Positions 1 through 13,970 of a stretch of 64,000 nt of DNA are shown one piece after another (the first letter of the stretch is position 1; each line of letters opens with the position of its first letter). Location: NCBI RefSeq assembly GCF_009914755.1, contig NC_060933.1; one strand, given 5' to 3'. The translations under genes were made by a program, and so were the position numbers. The notes below the pieces were generated by a model that saw only the letters and a list, made by a program, of their open reading frames with translations, did no database searches and was not told the DNA's origin. This DNA is from the human T2T-CHM13v2.0 reference genome, Homo sapiens.

Positions 1-3000
1 TCCCAATTGGGGGCTGGTTTGGCTTGTTTGTATTACGATGGCTGCATTTGCTAGGGTGAGGTCTCATTACCAGAAAGGGTGCAAATTAGCTTCTTGAAAC
101 TCTCTCAAATCTCCCGCCTTTTCTCGGGTTCTATTAGGCCATGAGGGACCTTTCCCAGACAGAAATGTTTAGGAAATGTAGGGATGTGTGGGAGGGGCAC
201 AGGTAACAACTCGATAATGATCTGTCTTCCACATCACCTTTTCTACATACCAGGACTTTCGCTTTTAGGGGAAAGTCATTACCAATTAAATAGCTGTCTT
301 CCCTCCTGACAATAAGAAAGGAATATGTCTGGTATGTGCCAAGGAATGTGGGCCTTCCTACAACTGAACTGCTTTAGCTGTTGGGAGATGCTGGGGGGGG
401 CGGGGCCACAGGGGCAGCTGCCAGTTAGGAGCTCACCGTAACTGGGCCGACGAGCCAGTTGGGCAGGTGTTGCAGAGTGTATGCAGAGACAGGAGATGTG
501 AAAAGCTACAGTCTAGCTCAGAAGCCCCACTGCTGGGGACATGGCATGGCTGGCGGGCTCCTGACCATGCAGTTCCAGCATGTTCCGAGTGCGCTGTGGA
601 CAGGCTGAGATGAGCATCTCATGCACTTGGAGCAAAGACATAAACCAGCAAGGACAAGATCCGCCTTTGGCTGTTTTTCATCTCCTCCCTGGATAACCAC
701 CCTCCAGAGGAAGTCCAAGCAACTCATGAGAACGAGAACAGTTCCTTGGGCCAGGGCAGAAGCCAAGCCTTCTGGCTGAAGAGCCGGCGTTGTACCATTC
801 ACTGGGCCCGGCAACCTGGAAGTAGGTTATATCCACCATCAACAGTCCCTGGACCCTAATTTATGGCTAAAATTCTCATGAGAAAGGCTAAAAATAAAGC
901 AGTGCAGACTTCAGACTTCTTTATGTTGGGTGAGTTTGAACAACAGAGTGAGGCCCATGAGCAGGGCTCATTTTATATTAAGTGAAAATCGGGAAGCGAC
1001 ATTCCAAGAGGCAAAGACAGAATTATGGCCAATTTCCTTAGGAAGCTCTGGGCCTCCAGAATTCAGAAATTTCAAACACACTTCGGTAGGAATGGAGCTA
1101 TGGGGAAGGAGCTGAGGACATCATTTGGCAGTGGTGGCCACTGTGAGCCACCACTGATTTAAGCAAAGAACTGAGATCTAGTAGCGCCTTTGCTTGAGTT
1201 CAGAGAGGAAAGAGGACATCTGTACACATGCCGTAGAACACGGTGGCAATGGAGTCCATCAGCAGCAACCATCTCATTTTAAATGATACAGAAACAGCTG
1301 AGAACTTATTTTTCCAAAAGCCCAGAATCGTTTTTACTTGTTTTGTACTAGTGTAAAAGTGACAGGAGCTCCCTGGCAACTAAGGCTGCATGATTTAAGC
1401 TCGACCCTGTTTATCGTATGCAGAGCAAACTCCTGGTGACTTTAATGGAGGTTGCCTGCATAAAGAACTCCACGTGCGGAGCCCTGGGGAATAAATTTGT
1501 TCTGTTCACTGCAGCTCAAGTCAGAACGAGTTTAGGGGGTCAGACCTATATATTTCAAAGTCCAGGCACAGAATAAGCATCTCCCCAGTCCTCTGTCCAC
1601 AGTGCCATCACCAAGAGCCTGGGATCAAGGGACTGAAGATGCGCTAAGATGGGGCCCTGGGGTCCTTTGCCCAGTAAATGTGGAAAGATGGGAAAACAGT
1701 ACAGTTATTAATTTTGCTGCTGATTCGAAAGAAGGAGGTGTTGGCAGCACCTGTGAGGACAAAAAAAGAACATAACTAAGTCTGCAGAGGTCACGGCTGG
1801 GACATAACATCATGAGGCCTGGAGTGGGGATAAGAGCAAGAGGCTCCATGGGGAAAAGATGACATCTGGCTCTATTTGGCTGAGCCAGTGATGGTGGTGA
1901 TGGTGACTGTGAGGGTGGCAGGGGTGCACAATAACAAAAGCGCACATCTCTGGGGCACGCAGCTCCAAGGTGAGTGGAGAGAAAGCACAAGTCTGCAATG
2001 GCAGGGGTCCCAGTGAAAGACCAGCAGAAGGCCAGCAGCCGGGAGCACAGGCAGGGCGGAGTCCCCAGGGAAGGAGGTCCAGTACCCACCAGGGCAATGA
2101 GGGGGTACCCAGGAAGAATCCATAGTGCCTGGCTTGGGGAGTGGTGGGGATGGGCTTTCTGCACTGGGTGGCTAGATGGTAGGGCGTTCTGGCAGTGACA
2201 CCTGCAAGCTCAGAGATGCTAGGGGCCTCTGCCCCATGGCGATGAGGTCTCCATGTCTTTACAATAATCTCACTTGCTGAGCTCCTGAACCTTACAGATG
2301 AAAACTCCTAACAGGCAGGGGAGTGACTGGGTGCTTTCCTATGTTCCCAGGAATGCCGCTGGCACCCAGGGCAGAGATATCTGAAACAGACCTAGGATTG
2401 AAAAGGGGAATCTGGGATGTCTCCAATGACTCCCCAAAGGTATATGGGAGAGCACCAACCAGCAGCTCCTCTTCTGGAAGTTCTGAAAGCCTCAGGGGAT
2501 ACAGCAGCATGTCCTCCAGTTTCAGGAGGCAGGGCAGGTCCTTCTGGTTGCAGGGCAGTGTTCGGAAGCTGAATTCCACTGTTCCCTTCCCCCTGTGGCC
2601 TCCCTCTTCCCCAGAGCAGGGAGTCACTCCACGACAGGCCGAGTCCCTCCGGCTCTCCCATCCTCCCGCTGGCAGGCACTGGCCCACAGTGCAGAGGAAT
2701 TTCCTTCCACATCTGCCTCCACTCAGTCAGGGCTCTTCCTGGGGCAAGCGTGGGGGCCCATCTCCCTGTCCCCACCACTGGAGTATGGCCATACAATGGA
2801 TGGCTTGTCTCCAGGCCTGGCCTCCGAAGGGCACGTTAAGCCCAAATGTGACCTGGGTTCTCAGCCACATTATCCATTCTATGCTCTCAGCAAACTCTGA
2901 GGTCTGTCTCCTATCGGGTTCAGAACTCAGGATGAGGGGAAGGGATGTGGTTAATCACCACCCCTCAAGCCCAAACAGTGGGGTACACCTGCAGGCTAGG

Positions 3001-4364
3001 GGACCCCTAAGTCACAGATGTCACCAATGCTCAATTCGGGAAGGAGGGGGCCTCAGCCAGCTGGGCTTATTCATAAATAAGCAGGCTGTGGTCGGCTAGG
3101 CAGAGTTTCCCTGTTCAGCCTGACCTTCCCTTCAAAACCAAATTCTGTCAAGAATCATTTAAATTTTCTTCCTGTTTCAGCTGGCGGTGAAGTGGGTCCC
3201 TGCCAGACCTGGGTGGTTCCAGCGCTCCTGCTCTGCGAGCTGAGCGCTTTGGTTTTCTCGGCAGCTTCTCCACAGCCCACTAATGAGACCCTGTTAGTGG
3301 TTATGAATGTAAATGCATTCTTTGTTATCCCTGCGAGATCAGGATTAGTGAAATGACAGAATTTATTGCTTCCGTTAGGGAGATATGATATTGGTTGTTG
3401 TTGTGTCTTTAATTTTGTAGGAAGAGCGAAAGTATAGAGGTACATAGTCTAAATAAACAAAAAGCTGTGGAAGAAAAAATTTAGCATGAAACATTGAAGA
3501 TCGAAGTGATCCGGGTCTCGCTAACTTTATAGAAAATTGGGAATTGTGCCGTCAGCCTCCTTTGCATCCCCCAAATAACAAAAAACAAACACAAAAACGA
3601 CTCTGCGCCTGGACCACCTTTGAAAGGACTCTTGGGTTTGCTTTTAGTGGTGGATGAATTAAGCCGGCTCTGTACAAAGTTGACGTGCTTTGATTCAAGC
3701 AAATTCATTTCTGTCTCTCGAAGAGGAAGTAACAATAGGTCCCATTTACTCAAAAGATACAGTTTGAATAAGTCAGCAAAATGGTGCCCATATCTGATGA
3801 TTAATTAAGGATCTGTAAACACCCAACTCCCTATAAGACGAGGAAGATAAGACTGTGCTGTCAGATGGTGAGGAGAGAGGAGATGAGGAAACCAGGAGGC
3901 CGAGTGCTCCGTGACCTCATAAAAAACCAACATCCTCATATGACCTTCTTGGCGACCGTGACATCCCACGATGCCTGAGAACTAAAGGGCCGCGATGAGC
4001 CACTGTTCTCTTTCCAAGCAATTGCTAAAACTACAAAATTATAACGTGACTTGAAACAGAGATAAAATATAGAATGTAAGTATAAAGAAAAATTAATGGA
4101 AAAACGTAAACAACCCTAATATGCAAAGAGCACTGACAAACCAATTAGGACAAAAAATTGCTTAACTGGAAAATGGGCAAAGGGAAAAACAGTTAATAGG
4201 CCAGGGCTATAGAGAGGTGGTTCACAAAGATAAAACACACGTGACCAATTATCTTATGAAAATACGTTCAACTTTACCAACCTCACCGACAATCATAAGA
4301 CCACAATTAAAAATAAATACATCTTTTGTCACATAACAAAGTGGCAAAGATTCAAATGGCTGGC

Positions 4365-4842
4365 CATGGCAGGCAGAATAATACCTCCCAAAAAGATGTC
4401 CACATCCTAATCGCTGGCACCTGTGAATATGTTCCCTGATATGGCAAAAAGGGCTCTGCAAAGGGGACTAAATTAAGGATCTGGAGATGAAGAGATGATC
4501 CTGAATCGTTCTGGGTCATCCCAAGGGTCCTTATAAGAAGGAGGTAAGAGGGTCAGAGTCAGAGAGGGAGGTGTGATAGCAGAAGCAGAAGTCAGAGAGA
4601 GAGAGATTGGAAAATGCTACTCTACTGGCTTTGAAGACAGAGGAAGGGGCCACGAGCCAAAGCATGGGGATGGCCCCCAGAAGCTGGAAAAGGCAAGGAA
4701 GTAAATCCTCTCAAGTGCCCCAGGAAGGAGCACAGCCCTACTAATACCTGGATTTCAGGACTTCTGACCTACAGAACTGCAAGATAAATCTGTGTTGTTC
4801 TAAACCATGACATTTGTTATGAAGTAACAGAAGACAAATACA
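4365..4842 (+). mobile_element. MaLR solo LTR (MLT1D-like) inserted in an old L1 fragment
   Basis: Starts like the MLT1 consensus (ggcagaataa...aaagatgtccacatcctaatc...ctgtgaatatgtt) and ends aataca. 5-bp TSD ctggc at 4360-4364 and 4843-4847. Confidence 0.85.
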
Positions 4843-5325
4843 CTGGCAGTACCCAGAGATGGCAAAGACAGGCAGGGAATGAGCATTCGCACACTGATGG
4901 TGGGAGCGTATGGCAGTACAGCATCACCACTGCCACTGTTCATGGGCATCACTGCTGACTCAGGCCTCAGGGTATCCTAATAAGATCACCAGGGATGTTT
5001 CTCCATACAAGAGTGTGCATTTTAGTATTATTGAAGGACTGCAAATCTGGAAACCACCAAAATATTTATTTTTGTAATTTTATATTTTGAAAAAAATTCA
5101 AATGGACAAGGAAGCTGCAAGAAGAGTCAAAGAATTCCTGCAGACCCTTCCCTGGTGTTGGCCGATTGGCACTACCTCAGCTGCTTGGCCATTGTCTCTG
5201 TTTCTGAACCACTATCTGGTTAGTGGGGAATTAAATTATCTTCCAGGCATACTATGGAATACTACTAGCAACCCTTGAAACTATATACATTAGGTTAATT
5301 TGGTATCACATTCACTCATTTTTAG

Positions 5326-5805
<480 letters not shown>

Positions 5806-6061
5806 GCTAGGTGGATTTGAAGAGCAGCAGCTGCCTGTGGCCTCCCAGACCCTGTGCATGTGCATGAGGGCTGCTCCTCAGGACGACCTTGCAGGAAGGG
5901 ACCTCTACCTCCATCCTGCCACCGGGAAGCCTGGGGCTTCGAGAAGGGCAGGGTGGTTTATTGGTGCCACATGGCTGGTGGGGGCAGCGCTGGAATCTGA
6001 ACCAGACTGGGAAGCATAAGAGCTCGTGCTGGTTTTCACCCTCCCTGGTGCCTCCTACATC

Positions 6062-7015
6062 CACCTCATTCTGTGGCCACCGCAGACACCCAGGACCAGA
6101 CCCGCTCACTGCCCTGCACCTACACAGATCACCTCATTCTGTGGCCACCGCAGACACCCAGGACCAGACCCGCTCACTGCCCTGAGCCTACACAGATCAC
6201 CTCATTCTGTGGCCACCGCAGACACCCAGGACCAGACCCGCTCACTGCCCTGCACCTACACAGATCACCTCATTCTGTGGCCACCGCAGACACCCAGGAC
6301 CAGACCCGCTCACTGCCCTGCACCTACACAGATCACCTCATTCTGTAGCCACCGCAGACACCCAGGACCAGACCCGCTCACTGCCCTGAGCCTACACAGA
6401 TCACCTCATTCTGTGGCCACCGCAGACACCCAGGACCAGACCCGCTCACTGCCCTGCACCTACACAGATCACCTCATTCTGTGGCCACCGCAGACACCCA
6501 GGACCAGACCCGCTCACTGCCCTGAGCCTACACAGATCACCTCATTCTGTGGCCACCGCAGACACCCAGGACCAGACCCGCTCACTGCCCTGAGCCTACA
6601 CAGATCACCTCATTCTGTGGCCACCGCAGACACCCAGGACCAGACCCGCTCACTGCCCTGCACCTACAGAGATCACCTCATTCTGTGGCCACCGCAGACA
6701 CCCAGGACCAGACCCGCTCACTGCCCTGCACCTACACAGATCACCTCATTCTGTGGCCACCGCAGACACCCAGGACCAGACCCGCTCACTGCCCTGCACC
6801 TACAGAGATCACCTCATTCTGTGGCCACCGCAGACACCCAGGACCAGACCTCCTCACTGCCCTGAGCCTACACAGATCACCTCATTCTGTGGCCACCGCA
6901 GACACCCAGGACCAGACCCGCTCACTGCCCTGCACCTACAGAGATCACCTCATTCTGTGGCCACCGCAGACACCCAGGACCAGACCCGCTCACTGCCCTG
7001 CACCTACACAGATCA
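6062..7015. repeat. 68-bp minisatellite (VNTR), 14 copies
   Basis: Unit cacctcattctgtggccaccgcagacacccaggaccagacccgctcactgccctg(ca/ag)cctaca(c/g)agat starts every 68 bp, from 6062 to 6946. Confidence 0.98.
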
Positions 7016-7752
7016 TTGCGTCTGACGGCTCCTACTCCACACACTTGAACTCCACCCCGCGGACTAGGACATCTTAAGGAGGGACTTGGGAGGGCTGGCC
7101 AGGACATCTCCCGGGGAGGCCCAAGCAGAGGATGGCTGGGAGGACAGAGCCTGTTTTCATGTGCTTCCTCCTCATCAACCTGCTCCATCTAGAAAGTGGT
7201 AGGAGAAGGCCACAAGCTTCCACCAGGAGGATTCCTAGCCAATGCCCGCACTGCTCACTATAATGGCAGCTGCTTCTGGAATTCATTTTCTTCACAATAA
7301 GCACGTGTTCACAACAGACTTGATAAGTGGGTGTGCACTGACTGCAGGGAGGAGCTGCAGCATGTGCAGGGGAGGAAGGTGTGGGTGCGTGAGTGGGAAA
7401 TTCACTGCCCCAGGGAAGAGACAGATGCAGGATCCCCAGAAGCCCAGCCGCCAACTGGCTGTGTGGCCTCAGCAGCTCAGTCCCTTCTCTGAGGCTCCTT
7501 CGTGGACTCAGGAAGCCTGACTAGAATGCTCCCAAAGGTGCCCTTACTGTGGGTCAGATCCTAGGAAAGCTTTCAGACTGTGGATCACAGAGGGCACCTG
7601 GGAAGAGGATCTGGTCCTGCTTCGCCTGTCAAACAGGCGAGCATCTAACTGCTGAGGACCAATGCCGGTCAACACTCACATCTGCAAAGCTGTCTGAAAC
7701 TTCTGGCTTCTAAGTGCTGATTAAATTGGAATATTTGCCCACAGTATTTTTA

Positions 7753-8206
<454 letters not shown>

Positions 8207-8408
8207 TCACCTCACTGGGGATCGGGCTCAGACACCAAGAGGCCTTACCGGAAGCAAGCAGCAGAGCCTTTGCTTACAAGAAAACCCAATTTCCATTTCC
8301 CGGCTGTTCTCCCCAATTTTGAGCCCCTGAATGTTCAGAGAGCCGCACAAAAAGAAAGTTCTCTCTGGAGCCTGTAAGGTCATGACAGTTAGTGGGAACG
8401 TGGCCTAC

Positions 8409-8498
8409 CTGCCATCTCCTTTTCAAAGAAGGGCTGGATGAGCTCGCCAAACGTGGTCCTATCTGCCACAGCCTCTTTCAGCAGTTGCCCACAGCAGA
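8409..8498 (-). CDS. AK8: AK8 coding exon (exon 10), 90 nt
   Basis: ttcAG|TC TGC TGT GGG...ATG GCA G|GTaggc. Encodes (V)[29 protein letters not shown]. Phase 1-1. The next exon is not in the window. Confidence 0.96.
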
Positions 8499-9064
8499 CT
8501 GAAGGAGAGGGGAACAGAAAGACACCCATTAAATTTTAAATAGGAGGAAGGATGAGAAAAAAAGAACCCCCAGTGCTGCCTGCTGAGGGAAAAAAAAAAG
8601 GTCACTGAAAAAAGCATAAAAGGGTTTTTCTGTGTGTGGGTATGTGTCCAAGTAAAAGTAAATATCAAAAAGGAGCCGGGAAATAAATAAAAGAGAGAGG
8701 TGGAATGAAAAGGAATGCATTTGGCAAAGAACACATTAAAAATGGACGGCGTGGGGAAGACACTAACGAGGATGTTGCCCACAGAGGAGCCCTGCAGGGC
8801 CTCGCTGCACCTGGAATTGCTGCGCAGAACTCGGCGCCCTCCAGGGTGCTGCGGAGGATCAGCGTTCTGGCCGGGGGCTGCTCATCTCTGGGCGATGTGC
8901 CTCAAGTGCGTCCACATTTGCACCCTTGTTACACAGCAGAGGGGGTGCAGTGTGTTGCTTCCACAGCCCTTCCAGCTGGCAGGGCATCTCCATGGGATGG
9001 TGGGGCCACACAATACGATAGATTCATATTCCAAGTGGGCTGACTCATCATTAAAGGGCACCAT

Positions 9065-9460
<396 letters not shown>

Positions 9461-9845
9461 CTAGGGCCGGCACAAAGGAGGTGCTGGGCAACAAGCATGA
9501 GTGAATAAACACAGGCTACCTCCTCCTTGGCTGTGAAAGTCCTTCCTAGCCAAAGCCAGAAGATTTAAACTATATTTTCATGAATTGTTCACTGCACGCT
9601 TTTGGCTTTCTTACCTTTAGGGCTAAGAAGTTTTCTGCCTATACTAAGGAGACCAAAAAACATCCTAAAGTTAACTGGATAGCATGAATGTTTAACAAAA
9701 TTACCATCACCAGGGATTCATTCCTCAATAATGATATGCTTAATTCACTATGTAAATGACAGCAGTTGTCATTTAATTTAATCCAATGTGCTTGGCAGCC
9801 TCACCAGCAAAGGACATATAAGTGAGAATAAAGGCTGCTGGGAGC

Positions 9846-10163
<318 letters not shown>

Positions 10164-12476
10164 GCTGCTGAGAACTGAGACAATTCTGTGTGCCAAGCAC
10201 TGTGCTAAGTGTGCTTTGTTTTATTTGGTCCTCACAATAACCTGCTGTTTCTTAGGTAAAGACACTGAGGCTCAAAGAGATGAAATAACCTGCTTTAGGT
10301 CACAGAGCCATTAAGGGGCAGAGCTGGGGTCCAAACCCAGGTCTGCGTGACATCAAACCCATGCTTAGCTTCCAGTTCTGGCCATGAAGGAGTAACAGGT
10401 ATCATATTTAACTTCTCTTATAGAAAGCTGTGAAACTGAACAAAATCTATGAAGCAATTCTTTAGAGTCATTGGACAACAGAGAGACAGGTCTGTAATCC
10501 TTGAGAGGCAGGAAACATACAAAACGAGCCCCATAGTCATCCTGGATTTCTACCTATGGGCACTTCTCAAATCATGGCACAGGAGAAGTGGAGCCCAAAC
10601 AGATCAGCAGTCTCACTGGGTGGAAGCAACAAAGACTGGAGCTCTGAGACAGCCAGAATTTGTAGAACAGGGTAAGGGAGAGGAGGCAGCTGTGCACAGA
10701 AGGAGTTCCAGAAATCTCATAGGGGTTCACTGAGCCTTTGGCCAATATGAAGCTGCACATGTGCAGGGTGAGACTCCAGAGGCCTGGTAGAGAAAAGCTA
10801 CTGGGAAGCTGTGAACTGAATGGAAATTCACACAGGGCTGGGAGATGCTGGCATTCTGACAACCAAAGTGACAGACCCTGCTGAACACCCCGGACATTCA
10901 GCTGAGATTCCAGAAAGGGCAGACCTTAGCTGCAGGGATACTCTAGCCCTAGAGTAAGAACACTCTACTCCCACTTAACAAAGCCTGAAAATAAGCTTCA
11001 GTAGGATGGAGTTAATCCTCCAAACTCAATACTCTTAAAGCAGAATGGTGACACAATCCAGACCTTCAAAAATGTGAGAAACACAATGTCTAGCATTTAA
11101 TCAAAAGCTCCTTGACATGCAAAAAAGCAGGAAAATGTGACTCCTATGAGGAGAGAAAACAGGCCATAGAATCAGATCGGGGATGACACACATGTCAGAA
11201 TCAGCACACCAGGACTTTAAAACAGCTATTATGAGTACACTTAAAACCTTAAAGGAAAAGATAGTTAAAATGAGTGAACAGATGGAGAATCTCAGCAGAG
11301 AAAGGAAAACTGTGAAAAAGAACCAGATGGAAATTCTGGACCTGGAAAATACAGTATCTTAAATGAAACAAATCACTAGGTGTGCTGCAATCAGTGAATT
11401 TAAAGACAGGATAAAAGAGGCAATAGGAAGTAGCCAAACTGCAGCAAAGAGGGGGATGGGAAAGGACCGGAAGAAAAGAACCAAATCTAAGAGACCTAGA
11501 GGACAATACCAGACAGTCTAACATATGTGGAACTGTAGTTCCAGAAAGAAGAGAGGCAGGCAGAAAAAAGATTTCAGAAGATAATGACAGGAGAACTTCA
11601 AAATTTGATTAAAAATTTCAGCCCACACACCCAAGAATCTCTGAGATCCAAGCAGAACAAACACAAAGTAAGTCACACTTCGATACATCATAGTCAAATT
11701 GCTGAAAGCTAAAGAGAAAATATTAACAGCAGCTGAGGGCAGGGGGAGTGCTTCACATGCAGGGCAACAATGGTAAAAATAACCTCTGAGATTTCATCAG
11801 AAGAAGTGCAAGCCGGAAGACAATAGAATGACATCTTTAAAGTGTTAAGAGAAAGAAACTGTCAACATAGATTTCTATATGCAGCCAAAACATCCTTCAA
11901 AAATGAAGATGAAATCATATCATTTTCAGGCTATGAAAGCTGAGAAAATTTGTCACCAGCACACTTTCACTACAAGAGCTGTTAAAGGAAGTTCTTCAGG
12001 CTGAGAGGAAATGATACCAGATGGAAACCTGGATCTAAACCAAGGAGTGAAGAGTACTGATAGGTGGGTACATATAAAAGTCTCTCCCCCCTTATATCTT
12101 CACTTCTTTAAAAGATGAATGACTATTTAAAACAAAAATAATTACAATATATTGTAGGGTTTATAACATACGCAGAAGTAAAATGTATGTCAACTGTAAA
12201 GAAGTAAGGTAAATGGAAAAATCTACTGCTGCGAGGCTCTGATATCATACATGGTGAGGTGTAACATTCACTCAAAATAGGCTGGGACAAGCAAAAGATG
12301 CATATTTAATCCCTAGAGCAACCACTAACAAAATAAAGCAAAGAGATATGGCTAAAAAGGAAATAGAAGAAAGAAAATGGATTACTAAAAAATACTTGGT
12401 TAATCCAAAAGGTGGCAGGAAAGGAGGAACAAAGAACAGATGACACAAGTAGAAAACAAAACAAAACAAAAAAACA

Positions 12477-12632
12477 GGCCAGGCTTGAGGGCTCATGCCT
12501 GTAACTTCAGTGGGAGGCCGAGGTGGGAGGTTCACTTGAGCCCAGGAGTTTGAGGGTGCAACGAGCTATGATTGCACCACTGTACTCCAGCCAGGGCAAC
12601 AGAGCAAGACCCCGTCTCTTAAAAAAAAAAAA
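12477..12632 (+). mobile_element. Alu monomer (FRAM/FAM-like) within L1
   Basis: Single monomer with poly-A. Confidence 0.85.
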
Positions 12633-12875
12633 GTGAGACCCAACTATATGCTGTTTACAAGACACATAGTTAGACTATAAGACACAGATAGTTTAAAAGA
12701 AAAAGAATAGAAGGTATATCATACAGACACAAATCATAAGAAAGTTAGAGAAACTTCATTAACATCAGACAAAGTGGACTTCAAGAAAATGAGTATTGCT
12801 AGAGAGGAAAAGCAACAATTTCCTAGCAATAAAAGGGTCATTTCACCAATAACATATAACTATCCTTACTGTATA

Positions 12876-13209
12876 CAGTCAGCCCTCCATATCCATAGTT
12901 TCTACACTCATGGATTCAACCAACCACAGATTGAAAATATCTGGGGTAAAAATTACGTCTGCACTGAACATGTAGTCTTTTTTCCTTGTCAGTATTCCCT
13001 AAACAATACAGTATAACAACTGTTGCATAGCATTTACATTATATTAGGTATTATAAGTAATCTAGAGATGATTTAAAGTGTATAGGAGAATGTATGTAGG
13101 TTATATGCAAATACTACGCCATTTTGTATCAGAGACTGGAACATCCTCGGATTTCAGTATCCAAGGGAGGTCCTAGAACCAATCCCCCATGGATACTGAG
13201 GTGTGACAG
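12876..13209 (-). mobile_element. MER2 (TcMar-Tigger) DNA transposon within L1
   Basis: Termini cagtcagccctccatatcc and ggatactgaggtgtgacag. TA on both flanks (12874-75, 13210-11). Internal sequence matches recalled MER2. Confidence 0.88.
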
Positions 13210-13689
13210 TATGCACTTAATGACAAATTACATGAAGCAAAAACTTGCAGAGAATAGACAAATCCACAATTCAGAGTTGGGAGATTTTTTAAATGTTGGG
13301 CTGGATGATTGTAAAAAATTAAAAATAAAAGAGTTGGGAGAGTTTAACACACCTCTCTCAATAACTGACATAATAAGTAGAGTGAGAATCATTAAGGACA
13401 TAGACGAATTTCAAAATTTGATTAAAAATTTCAAACATCTTATCCTAATCGATATTATAGAACACTATAACCAACAATGCAGAATACCTATTTTTTTAAG
13501 TACACTTGGAATTCACCAGTATAGACCATATATGCAAATTTCAAAGGATCAAAATCACATAGGGTATGTTCTTTTACCACAATAGAATTAAATTAGAAAT
13601 CAAGACTATAAAGCAATCAGGAAAATCCCCAAATATGTGGGAATTAAGCAAGGTGTATTCTAAATAGTACACAAGTCAAAAAAGAAACC

Positions 13690-13970
13690 AGAGGCTGAGG
13701 TGGGAGGATTGCTTCAGGCCAAGAATTTGAGACCAGACTGGGCAACATAGAGAGATTCCCGTCTTTACAAAAAAAAATTAGCTGAGCATGGTGGCATACA
13801 CCTGTAGTCCCAGCTACTTGGGAGGCTGAGGCGGGAGGATCACTTGAGGAGTTGGAGGCTGCAGTGAGCCATGACTGCACCACTGCATTCCAGCCTGGGT
13901 GACAGAGTAAGACCCGAAAAAAAAAAAAAAAAAAAGACAAAGGGAAGGAAGGAAGGAAGGAAGGAAAGAA
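13690..13970 (+). mobile_element. 5'-truncated AluJ-like element with (GGAA)6 after the tail
   Basis: Alu body, poly-A, then GGAA x6 at 13943-13966. Confidence 0.9.

Larger units (their letters stand above)
10370..13689 (+). mobile_element. Old L1 (L1M class) 5'UTR/ORF1/start of ORF2, decayed and interrupted
   Basis: A-rich, with ORF1-like (atcatagtcaaattgctgaaa; gaatgacatctttaaagtgtt) and endonuclease-like (tttaacacacctctctcaataactga) remnants. No intact ORF. Boundaries approximate. Confidence 0.8.

Noticed and set aside
2323-3099. 258-aa plus-strand ORF
   Set aside because: Non-ATG start, low-information S/P/G/R/W composition typical of GC-rich non-coding DNA, and no recognisable domain. 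It would need Ribo-seq or PhyloCSF support.
6072-6092. CTCF motif in each VNTR unit (tggccacc...)
   Set aside because: Only the 5' half matches; the G-rich core AGGGGGCG is absent.
6026-7077. CRISPR-like array, or a 279-aa repeat protein
   Set aside because: The units are contiguous with no unique spacers, there are no cas genes and the context is eukaryotic. The ORFs simply read through a 68-bp VNTR, cycling frames.
13124-13585. 153-aa ORF with L1 endonuclease-like words (GEFNTPLS)
   Set aside because: A chance read-through of MER2 into decayed L1 ORF2. Not a functional gene.
13943-13966. GGAA microsatellite as an EWS-FLI1-type enhancer
   Set aside because: Only six units in an Alu tail; common and short.
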